From contig JALMLS010000122.1 in assembly GCA_038496445.1 (NCBI GenBank), positions 62,001-126,000 on the forward strand: a stretch of 64,000 nt of DNA, given 5' to 3'. Source of the DNA: Trichosphaerium sp. ATCC 40318 (Eukaryota; Protista; Tubulinea). Positions 38,168 to 51,360 of this stretch are shown piece after piece (within the stretch, counting starts at the first letter, position 1; each line of letters opens with the position of its first letter). The translations under genes and the position numbers were made by a program. The notes beneath the pieces are model-generated. The model searched no databases. It saw nothing but the letters and a program-made list of their open reading frames with translations, and was not told the DNA's origin.

Positions 38168-39884
38168 ATGGAGAAGTATTTTGTAAACGACAATGTTCAA
38201 TTGTGTGAAAATGACACATTAGGGCGGTACATACTTGCTGACAAAGGTACTGTTAGTGTTTAATCGCGCCAGAGCTTATTTTGTTCAGATTTCGCTGTTG
38301 GGGATACAATTTTCACCGACAACTCATTGGTTTGCGTAAACAGCTTCCATGATATTGATAAAAAGAGATTTGATGCAGTAGAGCAAATTTCAAAGACAAC
38401 AGGTGTTCCTGTACGTCAACACTCTGACATCTCCGAGCTAAATGCGTCATAGCTTGGTCATATATTCCTACTGCTTGAATATATTGATCAAACTGAAAAA
38501 AACCCGCAGTTAGAGGAGCAAATATTGCTTTTGCGTGATTTTAGTAAAAAACCAGCTTACAAAGACACTGTGGAGTTGCTAATTTCAAAGGTTCACAAAA
38601 CGCACACACCACAAAAATCTGACACGTTTTAGCTATCTCTAGACAAAACACCAGAACAACTACGCACGTTGATAACGGTTCTTGGAATATTCGCTTCAAA
38701 TGGGTATAGTGTCGTTTCGTTAAAATGACCTCAACTTTTTTTTTTGGCAGATTGTCTTTTTTTTTGTGCTCCGATGTTTTGCTTGCTCGGTGTTACTTTA
38801 TATAAGCTTACATTAGAATTAGATATCGGACCAGAAGTGGTGGAGCAGGCACTTGTCTAAAAATGCCAATGATACAACATAGTTGTTGGCCTAACGCTGG
38901 ATTTATAACAGTTGGAGACGAGGTAAGTTTTTTGTAAGTTAAATGATTTACTAAGAAGCTATAGGTTCAAATCTTTGCAATAAGCCCAATTAAGAAAGGA
39001 GAGAATGTGGCTATATCATACTTGCGACCAAATATGCCTAGAGCAGCTCGTAAAAAATACCTAAACTACAGATACCAGTACGTGCTTTTTTATATCAAGT
39101 CACGTGATTGTTACATTTCTTCTTTTATTTGTTGGTCTAAACCTATTTTTAGGTTCGTTTGCAAATGTAAATTATGCTCAATGCCTTATGATGCGTTGCG
39201 ACCAGCCATATGTATTCTGGTGCGTTACGAGTACTGTCGTGTTGTTTGGCTCACATAAAGTAACAGTGTGATGGAGGCACTGCCTATCCTCATAAAGATG
39301 TCTGGAGATGCCTTCAATGTAATAATGTGATCGAAGGACCTAAAGCAGATGAATTGAATGCTCTAGAAACGAATTTGAAAGCTTTACCAAAGCATAGACG
39401 TGACATAAATAAGATGGTATGACTTGCTTTTTATCATATTTCCTTTTCGATTTTGAAGACTAATAAGAAGTTGCTTTACAGCTTAAGACATTCACTGTTG
39501 GTCATTACCTTGTATTGGAAACACTTAAAGAAAAATATGATATTTTAAAGCGTCGCTTGACAATCCAGCCAGAGCTTTGCCTAGATTACGCTCAAGTAAG
39601 TTAGCCTTTTCTACTTTTATCTCAATGAATATAATTATGGCGTGCTTGACTTTGGAGCTAATAATATTTTTAGAAACTTCTTGAAGGTAGTTTAAATACA
39701 TCATCTCCACACAGCCAACATGCTACAGACTACAAGCGTGTTCAAGGTATAATTTTTTGTGTTTTTTTTGGCATGTTGCAAACTCAGAGTTGCTAATTTT
39801 TCACTTGTAGCTGCACTGTACGATATTCTAGATGAACCAAATAAGGTTCAAGAAGTTATGAGCACTATTATAACACGTGATTAA
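38168..39884 (+). CDS. SMYD-type SET-domain methyltransferase
   Basis: GRYILADKDFAVGDTIF, IQHSCWPN, AISPIKKGENVAISYL, RKKYL..RYQFVCKCKLC post-SET, further CxxC motifs. Confidence 0.85.
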
Positions 39885-40178
39885 CTCTTAAGTTAATCAC
39901 ACCTTTGCCAAGACGGACAACACATCACTGTAACAATAAAAAAACCAAAATTTAAAACACCAAACATCTTCGTATTGGGGTCAGTTGCATATCAATATCT
40001 ACGACACTCCAAAAATTTTACCACTTGTAGATGAACCAAAGACTAGCTTGTTTTTAGCTCGTGATTGTTCATCACGAAAGCTGTTTTTTTTTTTTTTTGT
40101 TTTTAACTATTAGTGCTTTGTACAAATGTACACTATTTACAATTTCTTTGTTTGAAGAACTATTTCTTTTTCACGTGA

Positions 40179-43100
40179 TTAATGAGTCTCACTTTGTGTC
40201 TCTATATCTGTATGTTTTTCTCGGATACCATATTCTAAAAAAACACAATAAGCATACTATTCAAGCACAGGTAAAGGTAACAACGTACTTTTTGTGACAG
40301 TTTTTTCAACAAGTTCGCCTGCTCTTCTTTTTTTGTTTGCGAACCAAATTCCAACTCCTATCAACACTGCTACAATAAGACCTCCAATAATGATACCAAT
40401 CAAGAACTAAAAGTACACAGTAAGCATTTGCAAGGAGAAAAAATGAATGAGACTTACCAAATATGACTTCTTATTGTCTGCTAACTCCGCCAAAGGTGCT
40501 AGAGTTGGAGGATCAGAGTCATCATCATCGTCGTAAAATGGAGGCAATGTAGTAGGCGGCAAAGTAGTTGGTGGCATGGTAGTAGGTGGTAGAGTCGTAG
40601 GTGGTAAGGTTGTTGGTGGCTCAGTTGTCGGTGGCAGAGTTGTAGGAGTTAATGTCGTTGGTGGCTCCGTTGTCGGTGGCTCCGTTGTTGGGGCAACAGG
40701 TGCAGGGGTGGGTGGTCTTGTAGTTGAAGTAGGAGGAATTACACAAAAGCCTCCGCCAGCAATTATAGGATTTGTACAACGGCAAGATTCATCACAAAAA
40801 AAAGTGCCATCACATGTTTCTGTTTCAGGATCCCAAATGCCATTTCCACAATCTATTTGTTTAAAGGTAAGGCAAAGGTCTTACGAAAAAGGAGATACTG
40901 AATAGAAGATAAATACGTACTGTCAACTACTGTAACATTGAACTCTACCAAGTGGACTATAGGTTTAAGCGTAGGATCTGCTGGGAAACTTATCTCTGAT
41001 CTGACTATTCCCCCAGAAACATAGTAACTGACATTAACCCTCATTTCGAACTGGAAGGCTGCAGGCTTTGGAGTGAAGTCATGTGTTCCAATCAATCCAC
41101 CAAATAAGATAGTTGAATCAATTACAAATTCGCTGTCTGACTCATAAGCAAGTGTAACAAAGAACGCTTGTTTTCTGTCAAATATTTGACGTTCAGTAAT
41201 TAATTCTGAATCTTCGAATGTCTCTACTGTTGTTTGAATAGCACCGCTTCCAGCTATTTAATATTAACATCAGAGTAGGTAAAAAGTAATTTGAAGAAAA
41301 AAAAAAGAGCACGTGCGCACCTGGATGACCATGAATTAAAAAGACTTTTCCAAACCCATCATTTTCATCACACAATACAACACTTTCAAAAGCTCGATCA
41401 AGAAAATTTCCCGTTTCAAGGCACGTGAAAGGTGATGAATGTGTTATACGTTGTATTTTAGAGAATTCAACGTCATTTACATCAATGACACCAAAAGATT
41501 CGAATATTTCACCGTATACAACATATGCTACTCCTTCTTCTTTTGATGCAATGACAATATCAATAATAGTATCACCGTTAAAGTCAAGAGAGTCAACCAT
41601 ATGTGTGGTATTGCTTTCTCTGTTTTTAATATAAAAGCCAAATCCTGTAGGTTCTATCAAGTTTATCTCACGTGTTAAAAAGTCTGAGCTACTTTCGATA
41701 CCATAAACATCTCCTGAGAATAAAGTAAGAATTATGTTTAATAAGAAACTACAAAATTGTTACTCCTTGATTGTTGTGGCATACCTTGACCACTTGATAT
41801 CACTAGTATATTTTTGGAAGGAAATGGAACTTGTTTGTGTGTACCAAAAGTACCAAACCTATGTCCTGGATAGAGACCCTCCATTATGCGACCACGTTGT
41901 ACTGTTGGGCTAGCAGGCGAAAACAGTGTATCGGATTGAACTTCCAAAGGTCCTGGTTTGGATGTTACAATAACACATCGTCCAGTATCATTATTCCAAG
42001 TAGGATCGCATATGCCAACAGCATTAATACCATTATCTAAAGGTGTTCCTGATATACGAATGTTAGAACTCAACAACGAAGAAAGCAAAGTTGAAGAAAA
42101 GTATGACATCAGAAAATAAAATATGATTTACCTGCTTCAAAAGTGTAGTTTCCAAACAATGATATACGTGTACTAAATTCATCACATATATTTAATGACT
42201 GATCCCCAGGTGTTTCGTATATGTCTTTCAAACCTTCTGTGAGGACAATAGCGCCAGATTGATCTGACAGTGCAATTTCGAAAGTATCAGATCCACCAAA
42301 GTCAAAAGCTACTAATGTATCCCCGATATTTTCGTTTGAAGACCCAGTACCAGTATTACAATAAAAAGCGCTTTTGGCACTAGTGAGATTTTGCCCAAAG
42401 ACGAGAACCTATTCGTAAGAGTGAGCAAAAGAACAAACGAATTTCTTTGACTTGTGGGAGGATTTACAAAAAACCGGTGTGTTAGCGTACTTCTTGATCC
42501 AGAGCAATCATAAGCTCCATATTAAAATCAGAACCAATATCTATCGTTGCCAACTACGCAAAAAGAATAAGAAGATTGAAAATAAAATCCATAAAAAAAA
42601 ATGGTTCTTGATTGACTTGTGCTTTAATGACAAACAACGTACTGCTTTTCCGAAATTGGTATGAGGATTTGTTTCGTTACCATACACGCTATGAATATGT
42701 GTTGCGTTTGGTCCAAAAAAATCGTATGTTACTGCAGGCATGCCTATTTGTTTTGTTAATCCATCTGAAATCATTCTTTTATTTCTTATCTCTGTAGGAC
42801 GTACCAACGTAGTTTGAGAAATCTTCTATTAGGTATGCGTTACCTTGATTTACGCCGTCAGGTACTGTAGGATGACCTATTATCAAACCATCTACAAAAC
42901 AATCAATCACAACGTAGCTTTGATAGACGTTGTGGTTCTAAGAGAACACATACAAATGCCTTACCTGTGACTCCATCACGGAGATGATTGTAGCGAACCA
43001 ATGAAGCTCCAAATCGTGGGAACGCTTTACCTTGAAAATATTGCCCATTGTACCCGTTCAATTCAGCAGTATCAATGTCATACGCTATAGTTGGAGTTAG

Positions 43101-43285
43101 ACAAATACGAAGCAAAACTTGGTAGATTTGTTAAAACAATTTCGTTGCAGCCGTTAATGGCTGATTACGCGTTGCTTTGTAGTCGTAACACTGTACAATA
43201 GAACGTTTAACGTACCATAAGAGAGTGTGGTAAGAACAGCCACAGTAAATAAACAGTTATAAATAATCCCTTTCTTGTCAAGCAT
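40179..43285 (-). CDS. FG-GAP/integrin-alpha-like beta-propeller receptor with Cys-rich module, Pro/Thr stalk and TM
   Basis: Signal peptide; RFGASL, FGKAV, IGDTLVAFDFGG, HRFGT, DFNGDTIIDIVIAS...AYVVYG, GKVFLIHG; CGNGIWDPETETCD; (PTTxP)n; TM FLIGIIIGGLIVAVLIGVGIWF; KKRR. Confidence 0.8.
40542..40695 (-). repeat. 15-bp coding tandem repeat (PPTTL/PPTTE mucin stalk)
   Basis: About nine degenerate 15-nt units such as ggtggctccgttgtc. Confidence 0.85.
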
Positions 43286-43676
43286 TGCTTCTATCGTTTG
43301 TTTTGATGAGTTTTGATGAGTGAGGTAGAGTGAAGTAGAGTGAAATATTGCAAGATTGAAAACAAGTTATCACGCATGTTATCGGTATAAATGGTACAGC
43401 ATAAAGCGGAATAGAGTAAAAACGTAAAATTAGAGCGCAAAGAAGAAATACAGCCATCTTCTGTAGCTGGTTTTCTGTCTTTGTACAGATTATTTTCATA
43501 AATCGCCAAACTTGGAAGTTCGAAGTGAAATTTGAGGATTAAAACCAGCTCCATTAGCTCTTTTTTGTTTCGCTTTATAATAGCCTTAAATGTGTTGTTA
43601 ATCGACGATAATAACTAGCAGACAAGCAAAACGATTCAAAAAATTCACAAACCACTACACTCTGTTTGAGGGCAAA

Positions 43677-44069
43677 TTAGACAATACTGAGCTTTTAGAC
43701 ATACCAACAGAGATATTAGTTGAGTTTGTGGACCGTTCATCTCAATTTTTCGTTTCTCAAAGCTGTAAACGTTTATCAGACGTCATTCACAATCATGTTG
43801 TGTTAGCTGGTGCAAGCAATATAGGTTTATCTTTAACAACCGTCACTGAAAAAATTCCGGCGTTGGTTGGAGTTAAGAATATAATCCCTTCCTGTTGTAA
43901 GAAAGTCACAATATCATGTATGAAATTGCAGGTGTACACAGCATTAATCTGTCATGTGCAGTCACTGGTAACTCTTTTGATAGTATTGCAGGTATACATA
44001 CATTTTTATCGTGTTTCGTTCGCATCTTTTGGGCAAACACCTGAAGGTACACCGTCGCTATTAGTGTAA
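43677..44069 (+). pseudogene. F-box/LRR family relic, more diverged
   Basis: LDNTELLDIPTEILVEFVDRSSQFFVSQSCKRLSDVIHN (F-box), then VLAGASNIGLSLTTVT, LVGVKNI, and after a frameshift IAGVHSINLSCAVT...IAGIHT. Confidence 0.75.
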
Positions 44070-44305
44070 AGCTTACCGTGAAATGACATTCCTAATACTA
44101 CTTATATAGGTTTGTATGCTTGCTCACAACTACAGAAGGCGCCTCGTTTGAAGCAACGTTCAAAGTACTCGCGCTTGTAAAGAATAAAAACCGTTAACGG
44201 TTCTTCAAAAATCGTTCAACACTTTTTGTACCCAGAATTTAGTGCTATTGACAGCGGACACAAGTCCGCTTGTTTCTTTCAACACCTCGTACTAAACCGG
44301 GTGCG

Positions 44306-45351
44306 ATGGAAGCAGAAGAGCATGGTAATACAGGTACATCACAAACAAACACAATCATTACATCTAACGCCGCGTAAGAGCTACCCCCTGAGGTGTGGGA
44401 CTCGATACTGTCATATTTAAAGAATATTGGTGATTTTAGAGCGTTTGCGTCTTCGTCACGAGAATTTAACGCTTTGGTGGATGCATCAGCCCGTAAACCA
44501 TCTGTCTACGCCCATCTCATAATACACAACTCAATTAAATACGACCACGTGAAAAAACTTGAACAATACTTACCGCTCTACAACCCTCATTTAGACGGCT
44601 TTGACAGAGATGGTGGAAAGATTTATGGCTCCTGGAAGCTCGTGTTCAAACCTCCTGGTGGGAAAGAGCTTATGCTTCAAATCAAAAACACTGATACGCT
44701 CAAAGATCTTCGGGAACAAATGTGTCTTAAAGTTGGTGCAACAGATTTGGTGCTTATATGGGGAAGTACAAAACTTGCAGTAGGGTCAACATATCGTCTT
44801 GGCGAGATAACAGACGATACTACAATGGGACAGCTGAACCCTGGTGTTAGAGATGGATATCCGCCAATATTTTACATCGTTAGAAAATACTCACCTCGGT
44901 CTAAAGAAATGAAAGAAAACCAAGGCAAGCAGTTTTTTACCCTATTTTTATTCTTTTCTTTGTTTTTTTTTCCATATTCGGTCAAATCATTGTCGTCTTT
45001 GTCTTCTAGCGTGACACGTAATTGTACAAATCTCCTCATTTTATTAAAGTTACATGATATACATTTACACTCCATTTATTTATCTTGTTTTTTCTATTAA
45101 TGTCATGTGCAGCGTTCAAAATATGGTCAAATCAACCTAGCAGACGAAAAAAATATTGGAGGTTTACAGCACAACAATACTTACTATCAAAGGCTGTAAA
45201 TTGTAACAGCCCTGGCGCTGCTAAGCTATTGATTAATAGTAACAAATTAACGGACGAGGAAGCAAAGGAAATTTTGAAGCATGGACATATACGCAGATGG
45301 TTAAAAAGACACAGAATTAACAGACATGGCAACTCTCTAGACGCCATGTAA
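44306..45351 (+). CDS. F-box plus ubiquitin-like domain protein (3 exons)
   Basis: Spliced MEAEEHGNTELPPEVWDSILSYL...FASSSREFNALV (F-box). WKLVFKPPGGKELMLQIKNTDTLKDLREQM...LVLIWGSTKL...DDTTMGQL is UBL-like. Second intron is GC-AG, 44925-45112. Confidence 0.75.
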
Positions 45352-46139
45352 ATAGCAAGCGTCCTTTTTGTAACCTTGCCGTTAACTCAACTTATTCAAA
45401 AAAATTGCTCATGCAACCTCTCGACCTCCTACTCATGCTTAAGAAAACTTACGCAATTTGAAAATATTACAACGCCTAGTGTCTCTAGCGCAGCCCTTGA
45501 TGTTGTTGTTTATTACACCTCTATTCTGTTAAGTATGATTACTTGAACTGTTGCTGAAACTGGGCACATCGCTAACCAAATACAATTTTTTTTTGTAGAG
45601 TACTCAGTGTTTCCCCTTGAAGACATACATGTCTTCGAATTACCAAGCCATGTACACCCTTATACGAATGTACAACAGTAACACTTACAATATTCCAACT
45701 GATTTGTTGTGAATTATGCTGACGAAATGAGCTATTTGGTAAAGTTTGAATGTCATAAAATGAATGCTGATCACGTGACTTGGTAGTAAGTGTCTTTACC
45801 GATAGTGCTCAGATCTTGCTAAGGTTAGCTGTGATACAATATACAATCAACCTTTGGAGCATTCTACAATTGTGGTAAAAATGGTTGCCTTCAGTACAAC
45901 CTCCAAAACACTTGCAAGCTACATTCGAATCATACACCTAAGTGCGTCGTAGATGAATTAAAAGTGTTCAGAAATCTGTAATACCAGTCATTGAACAAGA
46001 AGGACTTAGTACGTTATACAAAGCAATGCAAGAGATCAATTTTATAATCTTAAACTGTATTACATGCTCATAAAAGTATTTACACAACCCTAAGTGACAA
46101 CACTACAAAGACAAATATTTATACTTGTTAAATACTTTG

Positions 46140-47700
46140 ACATTGCAGTGAGCGTAGATAGTTAATCTCTTCTATCGTTGTACTAAGAAGGCTAAGGCGA
46201 GGAAGGTTTCAGTTTATCATCGAGAGCTATTTTATTTATCTTACACTAGCATCTTCTAGATCAACAATGTTATTAACAGTTGCATCATTTCCCGCCTTTG
46301 TACTGGGAACTTTATGATTTTTTTCGACTGAGTGTATTATGAATATGGCGAAGCCTACAATTATACACATAACACAGAATAATGATGCTATTCCAATAAT
46401 TAGAGGAGTTGATAATGTGATTCCTATTGAGAAAAATTGTTAACTATGCCGACAAAAAGGTACTAACTTACCACTACACTTTGAATTATTGTCTGTAGGA
46501 TAATTTATATGTTCATCTTGATTTGTACTAACTGCTCGTTGTGTATATTCGTCGGTTTTGTTTTGACAGCTTGCTAGCGTTATATAGCATGTGATAAAGT
46601 ATGAAATCATGGTAAAAGTATTGGAGGACGACGTTCTTGTCATTGTGTTGTATTTATCTTTTGACACTTTTTTGAAGAAAAAAGGTAGGAGTCTTGAATC
46701 ACAATTACCAGAAACAATAATGCTATTGAGAATTTTACGAGGTATCGTATCAACATAACTTAGCTCGTTCTAGACTGTCACCACTAAGTTTATTTGAAGG
46801 AAAAAACACGTGGCGTTGATTAAATCGCTTCAGGAAAGTATGTCGTGTCAATTGTTTTGTTCTCTGAAATGGAGTCCGACCAGAGAAATTATATTACTTG
46901 CACGGTAGTTTGTATCTACCTTCAAATACGCTGCATTCTTGATACCAAGAAGACTGCCACGTCAGTATTGTGCCAACAGTTCAGCGAAAGAGTAATAGTC
47001 TTAAAAACACTGTTTGGGTTTTTTTGGTAACGAAAAGAGTCTTGGTATGAGCCCTCTTGCCATTAAGGAACGTGACTGTGCCCTGCGATAATATGCCTGC
47101 TATAATAATTACTCAAAAATATATGTACCAGCATGTTAGGATAAGCAGAAACTCGTATTGGTCTATTCGCTGGCCATCAACGTACCCCTACCACGGACAT
47201 GATATAGTATGAATGCGCTACTACGTATACACTTCAAGTATTTCTTTCGTATGCATAAAAAGGTTGTTGTGATAAGATGCTTCATGACGTTGTAATACAG
47301 ATTTTTGAACTTCTGATTTTTCCTCGTTGCTGCCTGTTAGCACCAATGTTAGCCTCAAAAAAGTCTAACGGGATAGATTCCGGTGTTAAAAATATCTACA
47401 CAGTTTGCAATGGTCCTACAAGCATCGGTTACACCTCTACAAACGATCAGGTTGTTGTGCAATGAAAAGCAACTTTTACATTTCCTCTCTTTTTGCCTGG
47501 TTGGCGCTTATAAATCTACGAAAAAAGATGTACGGCATTACACTCAGAGAGCCCAGAGTTCCGTTTAAGTGCTTTCTGGCTTAATGTCGGAGAAAAGTAC
47601 CCACACCTTTCAACCATCGCTTCTGTTGAGGTATTTGAGTAGCATAGGTAACAATAGTGGTACGTCAGTGTACATAAAGTTCAAATTTTATTAAAAACAA
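46140..47700 (-). pseudogene. Possible degraded single-pass surface-protein gene
   Basis: One clear TM exon (PLIIGIASLFCVMCIIVGFAIFII, ~46250-46425) with splice-like ends. Upstream frames are broken by stops and shifts. Boundaries approximate. Confidence 0.3.
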
Positions 47701-47857
47701 TCTAATACGCACGTAAACAACATCAAAGACGCTTTGAGTACTAGTTGTAATATTTTTTGACGGTTTACAAAAAAAACCAGTTGTTTGAGGTTTGACATCT
47801 CTAAAACTACGTTTTATAGAACTACACGATATTATTTTAACGCATTACGCTATTTAG

Positions 47858-49292
47858 ATGTTAACAGAACACGATGAAGAAGACCCAAATGTGGTTTTGG
47901 ATGACGGTTTAAAATTGCTCACATTGCCAGCATTCAATGGCTATAAGTTCTTGTTTGCTCCTATAATATTATTTGGATTCCTAGCTATGATATTATCCGC
48001 TGTTTGTTACGTACGGAAAAAGAAAAATTAATCACGTGGGGAGGCGATTTTGAGCACAGACTTGAATCAAAGAGAAAAACAATATCTCTACCTGCAGTTT
48101 TACTTCATCGAGTGATTGATGTTTCTTTTCGAAGGCTTTTAACGAATGTTAGGTTGCTTTGAGTCCTATGAGATTGATAATATGTCTTTCTTCATGGGCT
48201 ATTTGTTTTGGTGTTGGAGGCTTCTTTGTAGTACGACTTTGGTCGTGTTTTTTTTTTATACTTCAGCAATAACTTTTTAATGCTTTATTTAGTTTCGATA
48301 CACATTCACACTTACATCAGTTGTTATACACAATGATGGCAACATAGCATTCGATTTTGTTAAATTTAGAGGACAAAACGTTATTGAAAAGGACACAGTT
48401 GTACGTGGTTTTTCTTGTTTGCACTTTTTTTTGCAACAACCGAAAAGAGTTCTTGTTTTGGTTAAGGTTGAATTCCATCTTACGATTAAAACGTTGTAAC
48501 TACCTGATAAGGGAATTATAAAGTTTCTATCACAGTTAAAATCTACCCTACCTGATAAGCATTTGACAAAAACCAGTAAACCTATGGAACTACAAAAAAC
48601 ACATTTCCAAAGACTTTCCTCCTTTATTAATACAGGTTTTGTAGATGTTGAGTATGGATAAATTCAATCAACCTGTATTTCATATATACGAGAAACATAC
48701 TCTTATACGTTGGTCACGTACAGACGTTTTTGATGAGAATTTGGATCATTTAAAGAGTATTATTTCAGAGGATGTTTTCTTACAAAATAGAGCTTTTTTT
48801 AAAACAAAGCAAGCACCTTACTTTATTAAAATAATACTTGATAAAATTGATATAAAGAAACCTGATACAAAAGAAGAGGCTATTGAACACCTTAATGAAT
48901 TGAAAACGAAAGTAGAGGATATTTATAAAACCGCGTTTGACATGTACGATCCTGAACTTGTGTTCTTACTTTTTTCTCCTTCGCCATTTTGCTCTTTCTA
49001 CTTTTGATCTCCCATAGCGTCAAAGTGTTTACAGTTACCATCAGAGTATATCCGTACTTATACTGTTGATATGGTTTCACAGGTTGAACCTGAACCTTGG
49101 AAAGAAAAAACTTTTGGCGAAGCTTTTTTAACCTTTCTGTTTTGTTGACTTTTTTTTGTTTCTAGTGATGTAGATCTTGAAGTAAACGACCATACACAAA
49201 TATCAACAGGCGAACAAGTCCTAAATAATTTAAAAAGACAAGGTGATACACTAAAAGAAGACGATGAAGCCAATACTCCATTCTTGGATTAG
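47858..49292 (+). CDS. Hypothetical membrane protein with two N-terminal TM helices
   Basis: Spliceable exons: MLTEHDEED...FLFAPIILFGFLAMILSAVCY / LIICLSSWAICFGVGGFF, a helical exon at 48645-48960 and an acidic tail. One junction unresolved. Confidence 0.6.
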
Positions 49293-49489
49293 AAGGAAAG
49301 TTTGATTGGATATCCATACTTTTTTTTGTAAAAACACTGCAATGTATCATCAATTATTTAACAATAAATAACAAACAACACTTTTTATTGTAGCTATTAA
49401 CCTTCAATTTACATACTCGAGTTGTTTGTTTGAAAAAAAAAACATGCGTCTTGATATTCCAACCAAAGAAATTCCTGAGGTACGTTGTT

Positions 49490-50785
49490 TTACATACACA
49501 TTCTTATACGATGTTTTTTGTTTATAACTTCCTGTACATCATTCAAATATTTGATTCCCTTATCTGTTATCCCAGAACAAAAAGATATGTTGATACTGTG
49601 TACACCACACGCCAAGGCTTTCAAGCAATCATCTGTTACACTTGTACCTGATAAATTAATAGTATGCACACCAGCCAAAGGCTTAATACCATCATCTGTT
49701 AGGTCAGAAAGATTGTATAAGTCAATAGTGTGAACGCCAACTAATGTCTTAACACTGTCATTTGTCAAATTGTAGCAATAGCCAAGGTTAATAGAATGTA
49801 CTCCAATCAGTGCTTTTATGCTTTCATCCAACACCATTGTATGACTGATATCAATAGTGTGAACTCCAGCTAACTCTTTAATACCTGCATCTGTAATTTT
49901 TAGACAGCCACTTAAGGCTATGTTATGAACACCAGCCAACGCTTTAAGCCCTTCATCTGTTACTTTTGTGTTACTGATACTGATAGTATGAACACCAGCC
50001 AACTCTTTAATACCAACATCTGAAACGTGTTCACAATTGCTTAAGTTAATCGTATGAATTCCAGCAAATGCTTTAACCTCTTCATCACGTATATAAGTAA
50101 AACTGACGTCAAGGTTATGAACACCAACCAATGCCGTAAAGCCATGCCAAATGTTTTGACAGTTCTTTAAGCTAATAGTATGAGCGCCAGCCAACGCTTT
50201 AAGCCCTTCAGCTGTCACCTCTGTACATTGCATATTGATATTATGAGCACCTGCCAACGCCTTAAGACCTTCAGCTGTCATCAAATTATTGTACCCAATG
50301 TTAATGGTGTGTACGCCTTTTAACGCTTTGAGTCCTTCATCCGTCAGTTTGGTAGCACTAACATCGATCGTATGAACACCAGACAATGTCTTAAGGCCTT
50401 CAGCTGTCACTTTAGTACTTCCTAGAATAATAGTATGAATAGAACCTGATAATTCTTTAATGCATTCGTCTGTAACTTCAGTATTGTAACCATCAATATA
50501 AAACGCTTCTTTTAGATACTTAAAGTCCGTAGGCTTCAGATTGCACTTCAAATGGACTTCGAATTTTTGTATAAGCGAGGGACATGACTTAAATATCTCC
50601 GCAAGATTTTCTCTGCTGCTAATTTTAATAACACGTTTTTTATAGCTGTATAAGCTTGCGAATAGAGAGCATGTTTCACGTAAAGGCTGTATACATGTGC
50701 TACTGATGAAATTGAATACAAAAACCCACATCTCAATTGGTAGGCATGGTATATCATCAGCAATACGATTAGATCCTTTATCCAT
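49490..50785 (-). CDS. Intronless F-box plus LRR protein (about 13-14 repeats of 22-23 aa)
   Basis: LPIEMWVFVFNFI...LRETCSLF (F-box), then repeats of GVHTIxLSxTxVTDEGLKALA. Confidence 0.92.
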   Translation of the reverse strand: MDKGSNRIADDIPCLPIEMWVFVFNFISSTCIQPLRETCSLFASLYSYKKRVIKISSRENLAEIFKSCPSLIQKFEVHLKCNLKPTDFKYLKEAFYIDGYNTEVTDECIKELSGSIHTIILGSTKVTAEGLKTLSGVHTIDVSATKLTDEGLKALKGVHTINIGYNNLMTAEGLKALAGAHNINMQCTEVTAEGLKALAGAHTISLKNCQNIWHGFTALVGVHNLDVSFTYIRDEEVKAFAGIHTINLSNCEHVSDVGIKELAGVHTISISNTKVTDEGLKALAGVHNIALSGCLKITDAGIKELAGVHTIDISHTMVLDESIKALIGVHSINLGYCYNLTNDSVKTLVGVHTIDLYNLSDLTDDGIKPLAGVHTINLSGTSVTDDCLKALACGVHSINISFCSGITDKGIKYLNDVQEVINKKHRIRMCM

Positions 50786-51360
50786 GTTTGTTAATAACGT
50801 TTAACGTGCTCTTATTATCGTAGGATCAAGTATCGTTTGGAAATACGATAAAAAGTCAATTTGTGGTCAGATATATTTTGTGTTTTACTATACTGTTAGG
50901 GTGTAATATTACCAACTTCATTTGTTTTAACAGCAAGCAAACTGTTTACCTAAAAATAGTACTTTCTGGTTGATGTGTTTTTCGGCTAAATCCACGCACA
51001 AGACTCTCGTTTTGTGGATTGTATTTATGAACTGATGAAACGTAGTTCAAACAATATCATGTAACTAACGTAACATTTTCTAGAAAGACTCATATAGAGT
51101 ATCGCTTTCAACAAACTGGTCTTGTCTTTACCATTCTCAGAATATTCTTTGCTCACGGTGAAAAATTGTGTCTGTCCTTTACATTTGGAACACAACGTGA
51201 GAAAATGTTGCTGCAGTGAAACTTATAAAGAATACTCAAGAGCTTTTAAAAGAGAACTAGATATTCAAATAATGATAAACACAAAAATTGCTTACGGTGA
51301 TGGCAAAAAACAACATCGTAGGTTCTACACTAGTTCATTTTTATTACACCAATGAATTTT

